Shown: in pieces, positions 28,578 through 40,999 of the stretch
Layout of the letters: every line of letters begins with the position of its first letter
Position numbering within the stretch: position 1 is the stretch's first letter
Translations under genes and position numbers: made by a program
Notes under the pieces: model-generated
Told to the model about the DNA's origin: nothing
The model's input: only the letters and a program-made list of their open reading frames with translations
Databases searched by the model: none
From: Eledone cirrhosa
Lineage: Eukaryota
Assembly (NCBI GenBank): GCA_964016885.1
Contig: OZ024741.1
Location: 345,588,001 to 345,652,000 of the forward strand
Reading direction: 5' to 3'
DNA length: 64,000 nt

Positions 28578-28844
28578 CATGCAAAATGACTGAGTGTTCC
28601 ATAGGCATTTTATTCATTCAACATAATTCGCAAATCTAATGAATGCATGTTAGTTTGACAAACTGCACCACTTCCATCAAATGAGCTTTCAAGCTATTCC
28701 TCTCTACTCAATGTCACTTACAAATCGTGGGTCAACACGAGACTATGGTAAAAACACCTGGTTAAGATCTCACGAAGTGGTACCGAACACAGGATCCTAT
28801 TGTTGCGCAGCGAAATTCTTAATTCTCTTCCATGCTTGTGTCCA

Positions 28845-28956
<112 letters not shown>

Positions 28957-29451
28957 TACACACACACACGCACAAAACCCCCGACACAGACCACCCCGTC
29001 TTCATGTATACACGGACTGTTATCAATCTTATGACATAAACATTTCCCGAGAAAGAAGTCTACGTGCTAAGAGGCAATTTCAGATAATTTAATTATTGTT
29101 TTTAATCGATTTCAGTTCAAACTTCATTTCTTCCCTTCCTTCCTTCTCTTCCTGTCTCTCTCTTTCTCTTTCTTTCGTTATATAACACACACACACACAC
29201 ACACATATAGTATATATATATATATATATATATAAACCATCCTCTATCTTCTATTAACACTGTTCAAAGACGGACAGTTCTTTATCTCTCGAATCGGTCA
29301 TTCCGTTTAAATGTTTCTTCCGTTTCTTTTGTTGTTTGAATGTCACTCGGTCAGTCAGTTCAAAAATTTACAAAACAAATATTCCAAACGAGATGCTTTT
29401 GCTAAGCCTGTAAAAACTAGAACATAAAATATGGACAGTAATGGAATGACT

Positions 29452-29626
29452 CGTCCAGCGCATCTCCTTTACTATCCTCCGGGGAAACGTCTTCTCCATT
29501 CTGTCTGCCGGGGTTGTGGGGAGGCCAGCACGTGGGACCCCATTTGCTCACCTTACAGAGAGATGGGGAAGGCGAGAGAGATGGAGGTGAGGACAGTGGG
29601 AGTTCGGCCCTTCCACGTTCGGACCA
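29452..29626 (+). mobile_element. 3' end of a CRE-clade non-LTR retrotransposon
   Basis: QRISFTILRGNVFSILSA motif plus a 3' UTR shared with 30458-30695 and 44610-44905. Confidence 0.65.
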
Positions 29627-29699
29627 TATATATATATATAGAGAAATTGTGGCAATGTGATTGGTCAGAACCCATCTCAGGTGAATTGCCGTATACAGG

Positions 29700-30120
29700 C
29701 ATAATTGTTTTTACTTTTGACACAAGGCCAGCAGTTACCCAGTACATTACTGGTACTTTATTTTATCGACCCTGTAAGGTTGAAAGGCAAAGTTAACCTC
29801 GGCGAGATTTGAACTCAGTCCGTAAAGGGACGTAACTGTTCTGCAAAGCATAGCGTCCGACCCTCTACCGATACTGCCAATCCACCACCCTTTACAGACA
29901 TAATGGTTTCTTATATAGGTACAAGGCCTGCAATTTTTGGGGAGGGGAAAGTCGATTAAATCGATCCCAGTGCGTGACTGGTACTTTATTTTATCGACCC
30001 CGTAAGGATGAAAGGCAAAGTTAACCTCGGCGGGATTTGAAGTCAGATCATAAAGGGGCGTAACTCTATGCTGCAAAGCATGACCTCCGCCCCTCTACCG
30101 ATACTGCCAATCCACCACCC
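29700..30120 (-). mobile_element. Two tandem SINE copies
   Basis: SINE core and boxes in reverse. Confidence 0.85.
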
Positions 30121-30457
30121 TTTACAGACATAATGCGAGTGAATTAACAGAAAAGAATATTCCTATACAGCTCTCGTAGATTATTATGTAATCCATAATG
30201 AAACCATCCCTCCTCAATGTTGATACTTCTAGATATGCAAGGAGCAGGCCACAATAAATAGAAAAGGAGTGACTGGTAGAGGATTGTCTATATATATATA
30301 TATGTATCGGAGACAAATGTGATTAGAAAGCGAACTTATTGTAGTAACATGACTAGGAGGGTAGCTCAAAGCTAAAAAAAAAAATAAGTAAATGGAAACT
30401 TCAACAACACTACAAGTAAAATGAAATTAGCACATGACCCACATGACAGGCGCAATG

Positions 30458-30695
30458 TGTCCGAACACAGAAGAGCCGAACACCCACTGTCATCGCCTCC
30501 ATCTCTCTCGCCCTTGCCATCTCTCTGTATTGTGAGCAAATGGGGTCCCACGCGCTGGCCGACCCACAACTCCGGCGGACGGATTGGAGAAGACGTTTCC
30601 CCGGAGGATGGTAAGGGAGATGCGCTGGAAGAGCCATTTCATCTCGCGAGGCTCACACTTGCGGCTGGCCATCTCAGCGCTTATGGTGGTGAGAG
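30458..30695 (-). mobile_element. 3' end of a CRE-clade element
   Basis: EPREMKWLFQRISLTILRGNVFS. Confidence 0.65.
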
Positions 30696-31374
30696 AGTAT
30701 AGTGACAACTGAGTAGCAATGCCAAGCATGCTCAATGATGAGGAAAAGCGGGACTGTCTTAAGACATTACGAAAAAAAGGTATCAGTCGAATGGCAAAAT
30801 TATTTAGTGCAACTAGCTTGCTAAATATTACATTGCTCTTCTTTTCTATTAGTGCAGTGGAAATGGGTTACATGATTTAGGCATATCATATATATTAGGT
30901 AAAGAAATAGAAGAATGAAACATCATGAACATGTTGTTTCAATAGAAAAATTAGCGTACCAATTTTGGATGATTTAAAGGAAAATTGATGCCGCTGGGAT
31001 TTCCTTTTATAATATAGACAGAGGAGAGAAAATACGGAAAAGTTTCTGGAGTGGCGTTCTCACGTTGCTATTTCTCCTAAATCTTACATTTATACGATCT
31101 CGGGGCAACAGTATGTGATATTGCCTATACCAGAGATACTCAACTCATTCCCGCAAAATTCAGAATGTTATTCCAAACTTTTCAATATTGTCTGAATAAA
31201 AGTTGCATTCTAAATAAAATATATATTATACTGAAATATTATACTTATTGTTCTATATTAATATGTATATTTTACTTGAATTATACTTATGATAAATTTT
31301 ATTACTTATTTGGCATTTAGATGATTTTAAAATTGAAATACTGGTATCCATTCACAGAAATCGCTATAAACAAT

Positions 31375-32332
31375 GGTGTTTGATTTAGGAACATGGCCAG
31401 CAATTCTAGGGGCGGGTAAATCGATTAAATTAATCCCAGTGCTTGACTGGTGCTTTATTTTATCGACCCCATAAGGATGAAAGGCAAAGCGAACCTCGAC
31501 AGGATTTGGACTCAGAACGTAAAGAACCGTAACTATATGCCGTAAAGTATATAGTCTAACGCTCTACCGATACTGCTAATTCACCGCCCTAAAATCGCCA
31601 TGAATAATAGTTTCTTATATAGGCACAAGGCCAGCAATTTTTGGGGAGGAGAAAGTCGATTAAATCGACCCCAGTGCATGACTGGTATTTTATTTTATCG
31701 ACCCCGTAAAGATGAAACCTCGGCGGGATTTGAACTCAGATCATAAAGGGCCATAACTCTATACTGCAAAACATGGTGTCGGACCCTCAATCGATACTGC
31801 CAATCCACCGCCTTAAAATCGCTATAAATAATAATAGCTTTAGAAAATCGGGTTAAATACTTTGAGAGACAGAATAAAAAAAAAGTTACCAGCAGTCACT
31901 AAAGGGAATCGAACTCACTATCTCTCAAATTCCATCTGAATAAATTTTGAATAAAAGTAGAACTTATATATAAGTAAACTACTCAACAGACAAAATTTAT
32001 TGACGCACAGTTGAAAAACATGTTCATTTCAATCTTTTCTATTTTCTATTTTTTGTAGGTTATAGTGTAACCCTTGTTGTTTTTCACACATCATACTGAA
32101 AAAAAAATCCATTACTTATATTTCCAAATAAAATAATGGTTTCTTATATAGGCACAAGGCCAGCAATTGGGGAAAGTCGATTAAATCGACCTCAGCGCGT
32201 GACTGGTACTTTATGTTATCGATGAAAGGTAAAATTAACCTCGGCAGGATTTGAACTCAGATCATAAAGGGCCGTAACTCTATGCTGCAAAGCATGGCGT
32301 CAGGTCCTCTACCAACACTGCTAATCCACCGC
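31375..32332 (-). mobile_element. Three SINE copies (31375-31590, 31605-31812, 32135-32332)
   Basis: SINE core and boxes in reverse. Confidence 0.8.
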
Positions 32333-32479
32333 CCTCCCCCCCAAAAGCCATGTGTTTGTAAAAGTTATTTTTGTTTTCTGTCATTCAGTATTTCAGTGAC
32401 CACCCTATATAAACATTTTTCAATAGAACGTCTAGGTATTGTAATTTGTCCTTGGAAAACACGGCGCATGTAATCTCCA

Positions 32480-33830
32480 TTTAGTATACTACGTTGTTTT
32501 CTCTTCTTTTGCAACAAAGTTCAACAGCCTGTGTTGCAAATATATATGTATTTACGCAAATACAAATAATGCAAGTGTAACTCTTTCTGCCAATTTTGTG
32601 TAGTAATCGTATACCAATGGTCAAAGTCCTATAATTGATTTTACATGAAATATCTCGCTTGTTTCCGAGTCATCCTTCAGCTACATAAATTCATCTTGAC
32701 AATCATCCGGAACTTTTTCATCTGACAATTTAAAAGTATTTCGCATTAAATACGACTCCACATTTCCGATTTTAGGAAAATATTGGCTGAATTCTTGATC
32801 GTGTGCTGTCAAATACTACAGATTTCCTTTTTTTGCAAACTTTATAAGCACTCGGCCTTTACTACTAACAACAAGAATTAATGACAGGTTCTGAAATATT
32901 GCAACATTATTGATATTGACCTCATTCTTCCATTTTTCCAGTTTGTTCATGAAAGCTTTCAAGAAATCAATGAATGTTAGGATGTTTGCATATCCTCCTT
33001 GCATTGGAAGATCCAGATTATTTAGTAGCTCAAAAGTATCGACCAAATGAGCTCATGATTCATTCCATATCATTCCATATTATTCCATATCATTCCATCT
33101 TACTGTGTATGTGTAAGACTTTCTGCTACCTTTATGTAGTAATCGTATATCAATGATCAAAATAATATATCAGTGTAGTAATCGTATATCAACGGTCAAA
33201 GTTTAATAGATTATACAATAAAGAACTCCTAGCAATTTTACTATCAATCTGTACTCTTCAAATGAGGATTAGTTACATTGCCATTAACACATGGAGTCAA
33301 GTTATTCATGAGACCCAGGCTGCAGATGTTAGCTTATTTTAAAATTAACTGAATTTATGGATGTATTTCCAGCTGATAGAGTTAGTAAAACATGGTTACT
33401 AAAGTAAATTTAAAAGAGAATTTCTACTTTATTCTAATTTAAAAACAATAACTAATGCAGCAGATATTTTGGAAAATATTTCAGATTTCCACAGAATAAG
33501 AATATCATTTGTTAGATCATATTTGAGACTACTGAATGGATTAAACACTAGCTATATTAATAGTAACATTTTCATTTCATGTTCATGTGAATAAACGAAC
33601 ACCCAAAACGAAAGTCATTTATTATATGATCCATCGTCCAGCTTGACCTAAAAATATTTCGAGCACCATAGAAGAAGAATTTGGAACAAACAGTTCAAAT
33701 TGTGGATTTTTTTGTGATGAAGAGTTCTCAATGTATGAATTTCCCAGCAGCTATGTATTGACATGGATGCAAGCCATAATTTACTTCGAGCTTAAAGATG
33801 AGGTCATGTATTTTGTAGGTAAGATTAGAT
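32480..33830. pseudogene. hAT (Buster/Charlie-type) transposase relic in two opposite-orientation pieces
   Basis: Minus strand 32816-33046: DTFELLNNLDLPMQG..NI...LKAFMNKLEKW; plus strand ~33410-33490: EFLLYSNLKTITNAADILENISDF. Confidence 0.55.
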
Positions 33831-34184
33831 GACAAGAACTGTATTATGTGTTTTATACAATTGGTTGATAGTTTTGAGAGATCAAGATTTCATCAAGATT
33901 GTTTTGCAATTTAAATATCGAGTTTCCCTCTTTACACGGAGAGCACATAGTCATTCGATCGAGATCAATAAAAAATATATCAGACAAAGAATTGGTTTCA
34001 ATACAACCAATTAAAAGAGTTTTGACAGAGGTGCACAATCATGGCCAAAGCCTAAACCTAGGTAACGAATAAAACACTCTATAAATGAAGACTTTATGCG
34101 GGATCTGATCTGAGTCGACAATGTTGAAAGTATTCGGAATAAGTCTTCTATTTAGGAATAAGATTTCATCTGCCTTCAGGTATA

Positions 34185-35285
34185 TCCCTTTACGTTCTGA
34201 GTTCAAATCTCGCTGAGGTTAGCTTTGTCTTTCATCTTTACGGGGTCGATAAATAAAGCACCAGTAATGCACTAGGGTCGATTTAATCGACTTTTCCCCA
34301 CCTTTCAATTTGCATGCCTTGTGCCTAAAGTAGAAACAATTATTATTAGGGTCTGACGCCATGATTTGCAGCAAAGAGTTACGGCTCTTTATGGTCTGAG
34401 TTCAAATCCCGCCGAGGTTAACTTTGCCTTTCATCCTTACGGGGTCGATAAAATAAAGTACCAGTAATACACTGGGATAATTGCTGGCCTTGTGCCAAAA
34501 GTAGAAACAATTATTATTAGGGTCTGACGCCATGATTTGCAGCAAAGAGTTACGGCTCTTTATGGTCTGAGTTCAAATCCTGCCGAGGTTAACTTTGCCT
34601 TTCATCCTTACGGGGTCGATAAAATGAAGCACCAGTAATACACTGGGGTAATTGCTGGCCTTGTATCAAATGTAGAAACAATTATTATTAGGGTGGTGGA
34701 TTGGCAGTATTGGTAGAGTGTCAGACAACATGCTTTGCGGCATATAGTTACGTCCCTTTACGTTCTGAATTCGGATCCCGCCGAGGTTAGTTTTGCTTTT
34801 CATCCTAACGGGGTCGATAGAATAAAGCATCAGTAGTGCACTTGGGTCGATTTAATCGACATTCCCCTCCCCATATTTCTAGCTTATGGCTAAAGTAGAA
34901 ACAAATATTAAGGTGATGGATTGGTAATATTGGTAGAGAGTCGGACAACATGCTTTGTGGCATATAGTTACATCCCTTTACGTTCTGCGTCAAATCCCGC
35001 CGAAGTTAGTTTTGCCTTTCATCCTTACAGGGACAATCTAATAAAGTACCAGTAACACTTTGGAGTCGACTTCCCCTCCCCAAAATTGCTGGCCTTTTGT
35101 CTAAAACAAAAACCATATTATACGGTTCTTTACGTTCTGAGTTCAAATCAAGCCGAGGCTAACTTTACTTTTTTATCCTTAGGGGTCGATAAACAAATAG
35201 TTTCAGTAACGGACTGGAGTTGATTTAATCAACCTCTCCCTCCTCCAAATTGTGCCTAAATCAGAAATCTTTATTATTATTATCA
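34185..35285 (+). mobile_element. Head-to-tail cluster of ~6 SINE copies
   Basis: Repeated GAGTTCAAATC...CATCCTTACGGGGTCGAT...GTAGAAACAATTATTA; 34320-34500 is duplicated at 34490-34670. Confidence 0.85.
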
Positions 35286-35354
35286 TTACTCTCTCGCTTT
35301 GCCATTTCTCTTTCTCCCCTCTCTCTCTGTCTCAATATTTATATATATACATAC

Positions 35355-35429
<75 letters not shown>

Positions 35430-35438
<9 letters not shown>

Positions 35439-35511
35439 AACATTATAAACATGGACGAGGAAAGCACGATCCAGAGAGGAATTTACATACATTATATATA
35501 TATATACATAC

Positions 35512-35565
<54 letters not shown>

Positions 35566-35638
35566 AACATTATAAACATGGACGAGGAAAGCACGATCCA
35601 GAGAGGACTTTACATACATTATATATATATATACATAC

Positions 35639-35710
<72 letters not shown>

Positions 35711-35785
35711 AACATTATAAACATGGATGAGGAAAGCACGATCCAGAGAGGAATTTACATACATTATATATATATATACATACAT

Positions 35786-35817
<32 letters not shown>

Positions 35818-35898
35818 AACATTATAAACATGGATGAGGAAAGCACGATCCAGAGAGGAATTTACATACATTATATATATATATATACATACATTATA
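35430..35898. repeat. Four ~58-bp units interspersed with variable (TA)n
   Basis: AAACATTATAAACATGGA(C/T)GAGGAAAGCACGATCCAGAGAGGAATTTACATACATTA x4. Confidence 0.9.
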
Positions 35899-36663
35899 AA
35901 TCTATACAAATAAAGCTGATGGCCGTATGTATGTAACGAACTTTTCGCCAAACGGCTGAACCAAACGGTACTATATTTACACCATAGATGTCACTTTTCC
36001 CAAGTAAGAAAGTGGGGGTATTTTTGTCTACTAAATTTTATTTTGTTAAAAGATTAAAGATATTATTTAAATATTCACTTCTTTAAAATTTTCAAATGTC
36101 AACACTTCCGGTTATATGACATTCCTCTCTCTTTCATAGTCTGTCTTTTTAGATAGATACATAGCTATAGAGTCGCGCCCTTATAATATGTCTCTGTATG
36201 TCTGAGTGTCTGCATTATGGCTGTCAGTGTGTGTGTATATATATATTAGTGTATATATATATATATATATATATATAGTGTTAGTATCATAAATAAGAAA
36301 CAGTTTAATTTGGACATTTTATTACACCATTTCTTTATACGTATATATACATACATATACATGTTATTTACAATTGTATAAAAAAGAACTATAATTATAT
36401 ACTTAAATAAATATTATATACTTATATAAATATATATTTTCAACAGTAATACTATATTCTATATTTTCAACGGTAATACTATACTATACTAAATATTTTC
36501 AACAGTAATACTATACTATATATTTTCAACAGTAATACTAAACTACACAGACGGCTTATCGTCTGTTTATCCAAGCGAAGCTAGGTACGTCAGCTATATA
36601 TATATATCTGGACGCCGTAGAACGTGCCAATAGTAGCCGGTCGCCAGCCTGACGGGCCAGCTA

Positions 36664-36664
<1 letters not shown>
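35895..36664 (+). mobile_element. Non-autonomous Helitron
   Basis: TCTATA.. 5' end, AAACGGCTGAACC, and a 3' GC hairpin plus CTAG (36637-36664); homologous to 61184-63920. Confidence 0.65.
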
Positions 36665-36706
<42 letters not shown>

Positions 36707-36775
36707 GTATGTGTATATATATATATATATAATGTATGTGTATATATATATATATATATACACACATATATATAT

Positions 36776-36856
<81 letters not shown>

Positions 36857-36860
36857 GTAT

Positions 36861-37050
36861 GTGGATTGGCAGTAACGGTAGAGAGTCGGACGCCATGCTT
36901 TGACGTATAGAGTTACGGTCCTTGCCGTTCTGAGTTCAAAATTTCCGCCGAGGTTAACTTTGCCTTTCATCCTTACGGGGTCGATAAAATAAAGTACCAG
37001 TAATGCACTGGGTAATTGCTGGCCTTGTAATTGCTGCCAAAAGTAGAAAC

Positions 37051-37053
<3 letters not shown>
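36861..37053 (+). mobile_element. SINE
   Basis: A/B boxes and core; another copy at 37840-38030. Confidence 0.85.
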
Positions 37054-37104
<51 letters not shown>

Positions 37105-37106
<2 letters not shown>

Positions 37107-37581
37107 TATTCTATTCTAAGGCGGGTAAAATTCCCGAGATCCATGGACGAGTTCTCTCCAGCGGTCTCTGTCCCTCATTATCGCTACCATGTCCTGCATC
37201 TCCAACAGACCAATGTCTGTCCTTAGGACATCAACATACGTTAACCTTGGTCTTCCTCCTCTAGTGTGTCCATGTAGGGGCTCCCAAAGGAGCACTGAGT
37301 GCAATGTCAACTCCGGATGTCGGTGTTAGCATGTCCAGCTAACTTCAGTCTCCTCTGTGTCACATTTGAGCTGACTTTTGAGATCGGTGTGGAAGTCGGA
37401 CCTTTGTAGATACCTGAAAATCCACCTCTTCATTGCTGTGGTGGAGTCTGTGCTGGTGTATGGGTCTGAGACTTGGACACTGACCAAGAAACTCACTCAG
37501 ATGGTGGATGGGTGCTATACGAGAATGCTGAGGATGGCTCTGAACATTAATCAGTATACACTGAGGATGAAAAACTCAGAA

Positions 37582-37586
<5 letters not shown>
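37105..37586 (-). mobile_element. 5'-inverted (twin-primed) RTE fragment with (TAGAA)n tail
   Basis: 37116-37380 is colinear with 56156-56420; 37378-37586 is the reverse complement of ~56428-56636. Confidence 0.85.
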
Positions 37587-37637
<51 letters not shown>

Positions 37638-37692
37638 ATATATATATACATAGATTTTATATAGATTTTATATGTATATATATATATACATA

Positions 37693-37843
<151 letters not shown>

Positions 37844-38051
37844 CGGTGGATTGGCAGAATCAGTAGAGGGTCGGACGCCATGCTTTGACGCAAAGAGTTA
37901 TGTCCTTTACGATCTGAGTTCAAATCCCCCCGAAGTTAACTTTGCCTTTCATCCTTATGGGGTCGATAAAATAAAGTACCAGTAATGTACTGGGTAATTG
38001 CTGGCCTTGTTCTAAAAGTAGAAACAATTATATATATATATATATATATGT

Positions 38052-38158
<107 letters not shown>

Positions 38159-38606
38159 CATATGCATATATACATACACACACATATATATATGTATATA
38201 TACACATTCATATATGTGTGTGAGTTGTCTCTACATTCATCTCTCTCCATTTTCCTCTCTCTCCAATCACTTATTTCACCAGATTTCCTATTTTATTCCT
38301 ATTCAGATGTTATTTCATTATGCAATCTTTATTAATTTCAGAAAATTATCACTTTTCAGGAAAGGAAATTGTATTGAATAAAGCTAAAATAAAACTTAAA
38401 TCATTGTTTTGTTTGATGGAAGTGATGAAGATAGAAAACAAGATGAATAATAATAATAATAATAATAATAATATATAATGATGATGATGATGGTGGTGGT
38501 GAAGAGAAAAACCGAAAGAAGTGGAGAGAAGACAATAATGAAATACTTTGAAAGAGACACAGTGTTAAACTATATATATACACACACATACACGCTCACA
38601 TATACA

Positions 38607-38699
<93 letters not shown>

Positions 38700-38729
38700 G
38701 TCTATATACATAGATTGTGTATATATTAT

Positions 38730-38771
<42 letters not shown>

Positions 38772-38829
38772 TATATATATATGCATATATATATATGTAT
38801 ATATACATATACTTACACACACACACACG

Positions 38830-38861
<32 letters not shown>

Positions 38862-39064
38862 CGTAGAAATGCGACAGAATTAATAGTGAGTAAGTAAATT
38901 GAGCTAACAATGTTGGCTAGGGAAAAATAAGAAAGTCTGGAAAGTATGACAAAATAAAACAAATACTAAAGAAAAATGAAACTGATCGCAGATACGACAT
39001 ACACACAAAAGCCAATTTGTATATATATACACACATACATATGCATTCACATATTTATATATGT

Positions 39065-39147
<83 letters not shown>

Positions 39148-39279
39148 TGTACATGTATTTGAATTTGTATATTTATATATTATATGTATGTGTATATATA
39201 TATATATATATATATACATATAGATATATGTTTGAATTTATATACTTATATATTGTTTGTATATATATATATATGTATA

Positions 39280-39349
<70 letters not shown>

Positions 39350-39635
39350 AATGTATATATATATATATACAAATGAATATATGATAGGGATAAACACTGA
39401 TACAAGTATACATGTGTTTGCATTGCAAATTACCAAGTTAGCTAGATTGAAAAAGTTTATAACTCTATATATATATATATATATATAAATGTATATGTGT
39501 ATATATATATATATATATACGTAATTATCATGGCATATACAGAGTATAACACACACACACACACATCTATATATGTGTGTGTGAGTGTGTCTCTCCCTTT
39601 ATACATATATATAAAGTGTGAGAGATAGATTTGGC

Positions 39636-39674
<39 letters not shown>

Positions 39675-39728
39675 TATATATATACACTCCAATTAATTTT
39701 GTATATATTTAATAGAAATCCAAACCAG

Positions 39729-39799
<71 letters not shown>

Positions 39800-40347
39800 C
39801 TATATATATCCATGTATACGGGTATTTTGCTCTTATTTTCAAATATAATGATGTGTAGAACTGGAAGTAAAACAAAAAATTCTGTTCATTAAAACCTAAA
39901 AGTTATCTTCACATTACTAAACTTTGGTGAAACATATTAAATAGTTAAATCTTTACTTCCAATTTATACTTAGTATTGATGCTGCTTTTTAATTTCAGAA
40001 TCTCGTCTTACATATTATGTCACTTATGATACCTTATAGAAGCTTGTGTTACGTCTATGTATAGATGTTCTGTGCCCGAGTACGACTGGATGGTTTTATA
40101 ATGCGGAGATGCTTATTTGAAGAAAAAATAAATCAAACAAACAAGTGATAACATGTGACATGTAAAGGGAGAAAGTAAATGCCCTATGTCGATATGGATG
40201 GCAACGTTAGAGAGTGATAAACAAAAAGCAATGAAAGAGTAGGAGGGAGAGAGATTAAGAGAGAGGGAAAGATAGATAGATAGAGGGAGAGAGAGAGAGA
40301 TTAAGAGAGAGGGAGATAGCTAGATAGATAGGTAGATAGATGAATAG

Positions 40348-40381
<34 letters not shown>

Positions 40382-40404
40382 AGCGAGAGATAGATAAATT
40401 TCTA

Positions 40405-40980
40405 TTTATTGCCACGAGGGCACAAAAGAAGGGGACAAATACAGGGGGGGGGGGGGGACTTTACACAAAAGAACGAGTAAAAAACAAATAACAAATATAA
40501 AATTAACAATAAAGTCCTCAATAGGGAGGAGGCGTTTTTGGGGGTTGCACACACCCCCGAAAAAGTGTGCAACCCGGAGAGAAAGGGTGCTCCCTTGTTC
40601 TTCCATCTTTTTCACCTACAGGCTGATATAGAGAGAAGGCCCATTCACACGGGCCATTCTCGCCACTTTCACCCACCTTTCATAAAACTGGCCGGGATGG
40701 AGCGCCTCTCTCTCCATCCTGATCCTTCTTCCGAAATGATATCGGAAGAAAAGGACCAGTTGTTGGCTGGAGAGAAAGGTGCCCGACCTCAACCCTTTCA
40801 AATGCGTCCACCATACAACCTCTTTCACCATGGCTATTACGCACAGAAACACCGCCTCTCCTTCATTTTTGAAGGGGGGAGGCGGCTTGATCGTTATAAT
40901 GGACTCGGTGGTCAACCGGATAGGTCCCACCCGTGACAGCAGTCGTTCGACATAGCCCCAAGATCGGCGACACTCGGGCA
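40405..40980 (-). mobile_element. 5'-truncated Tx1 copy (ORF2 end plus 3' UTR) in (GATA)n
   Basis: Matches 19450-20070; (GATA)n on both sides. Confidence 0.9.
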
Positions 40981-40999
40981 GAGAGATAGATAGATAGAT

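Noticed and set aside
35430-35898. CRISPR-like repeat/spacer appearance
   Set aside because: The spacers are pure (TA)n, the context is eukaryotic, and there are no cas genes.
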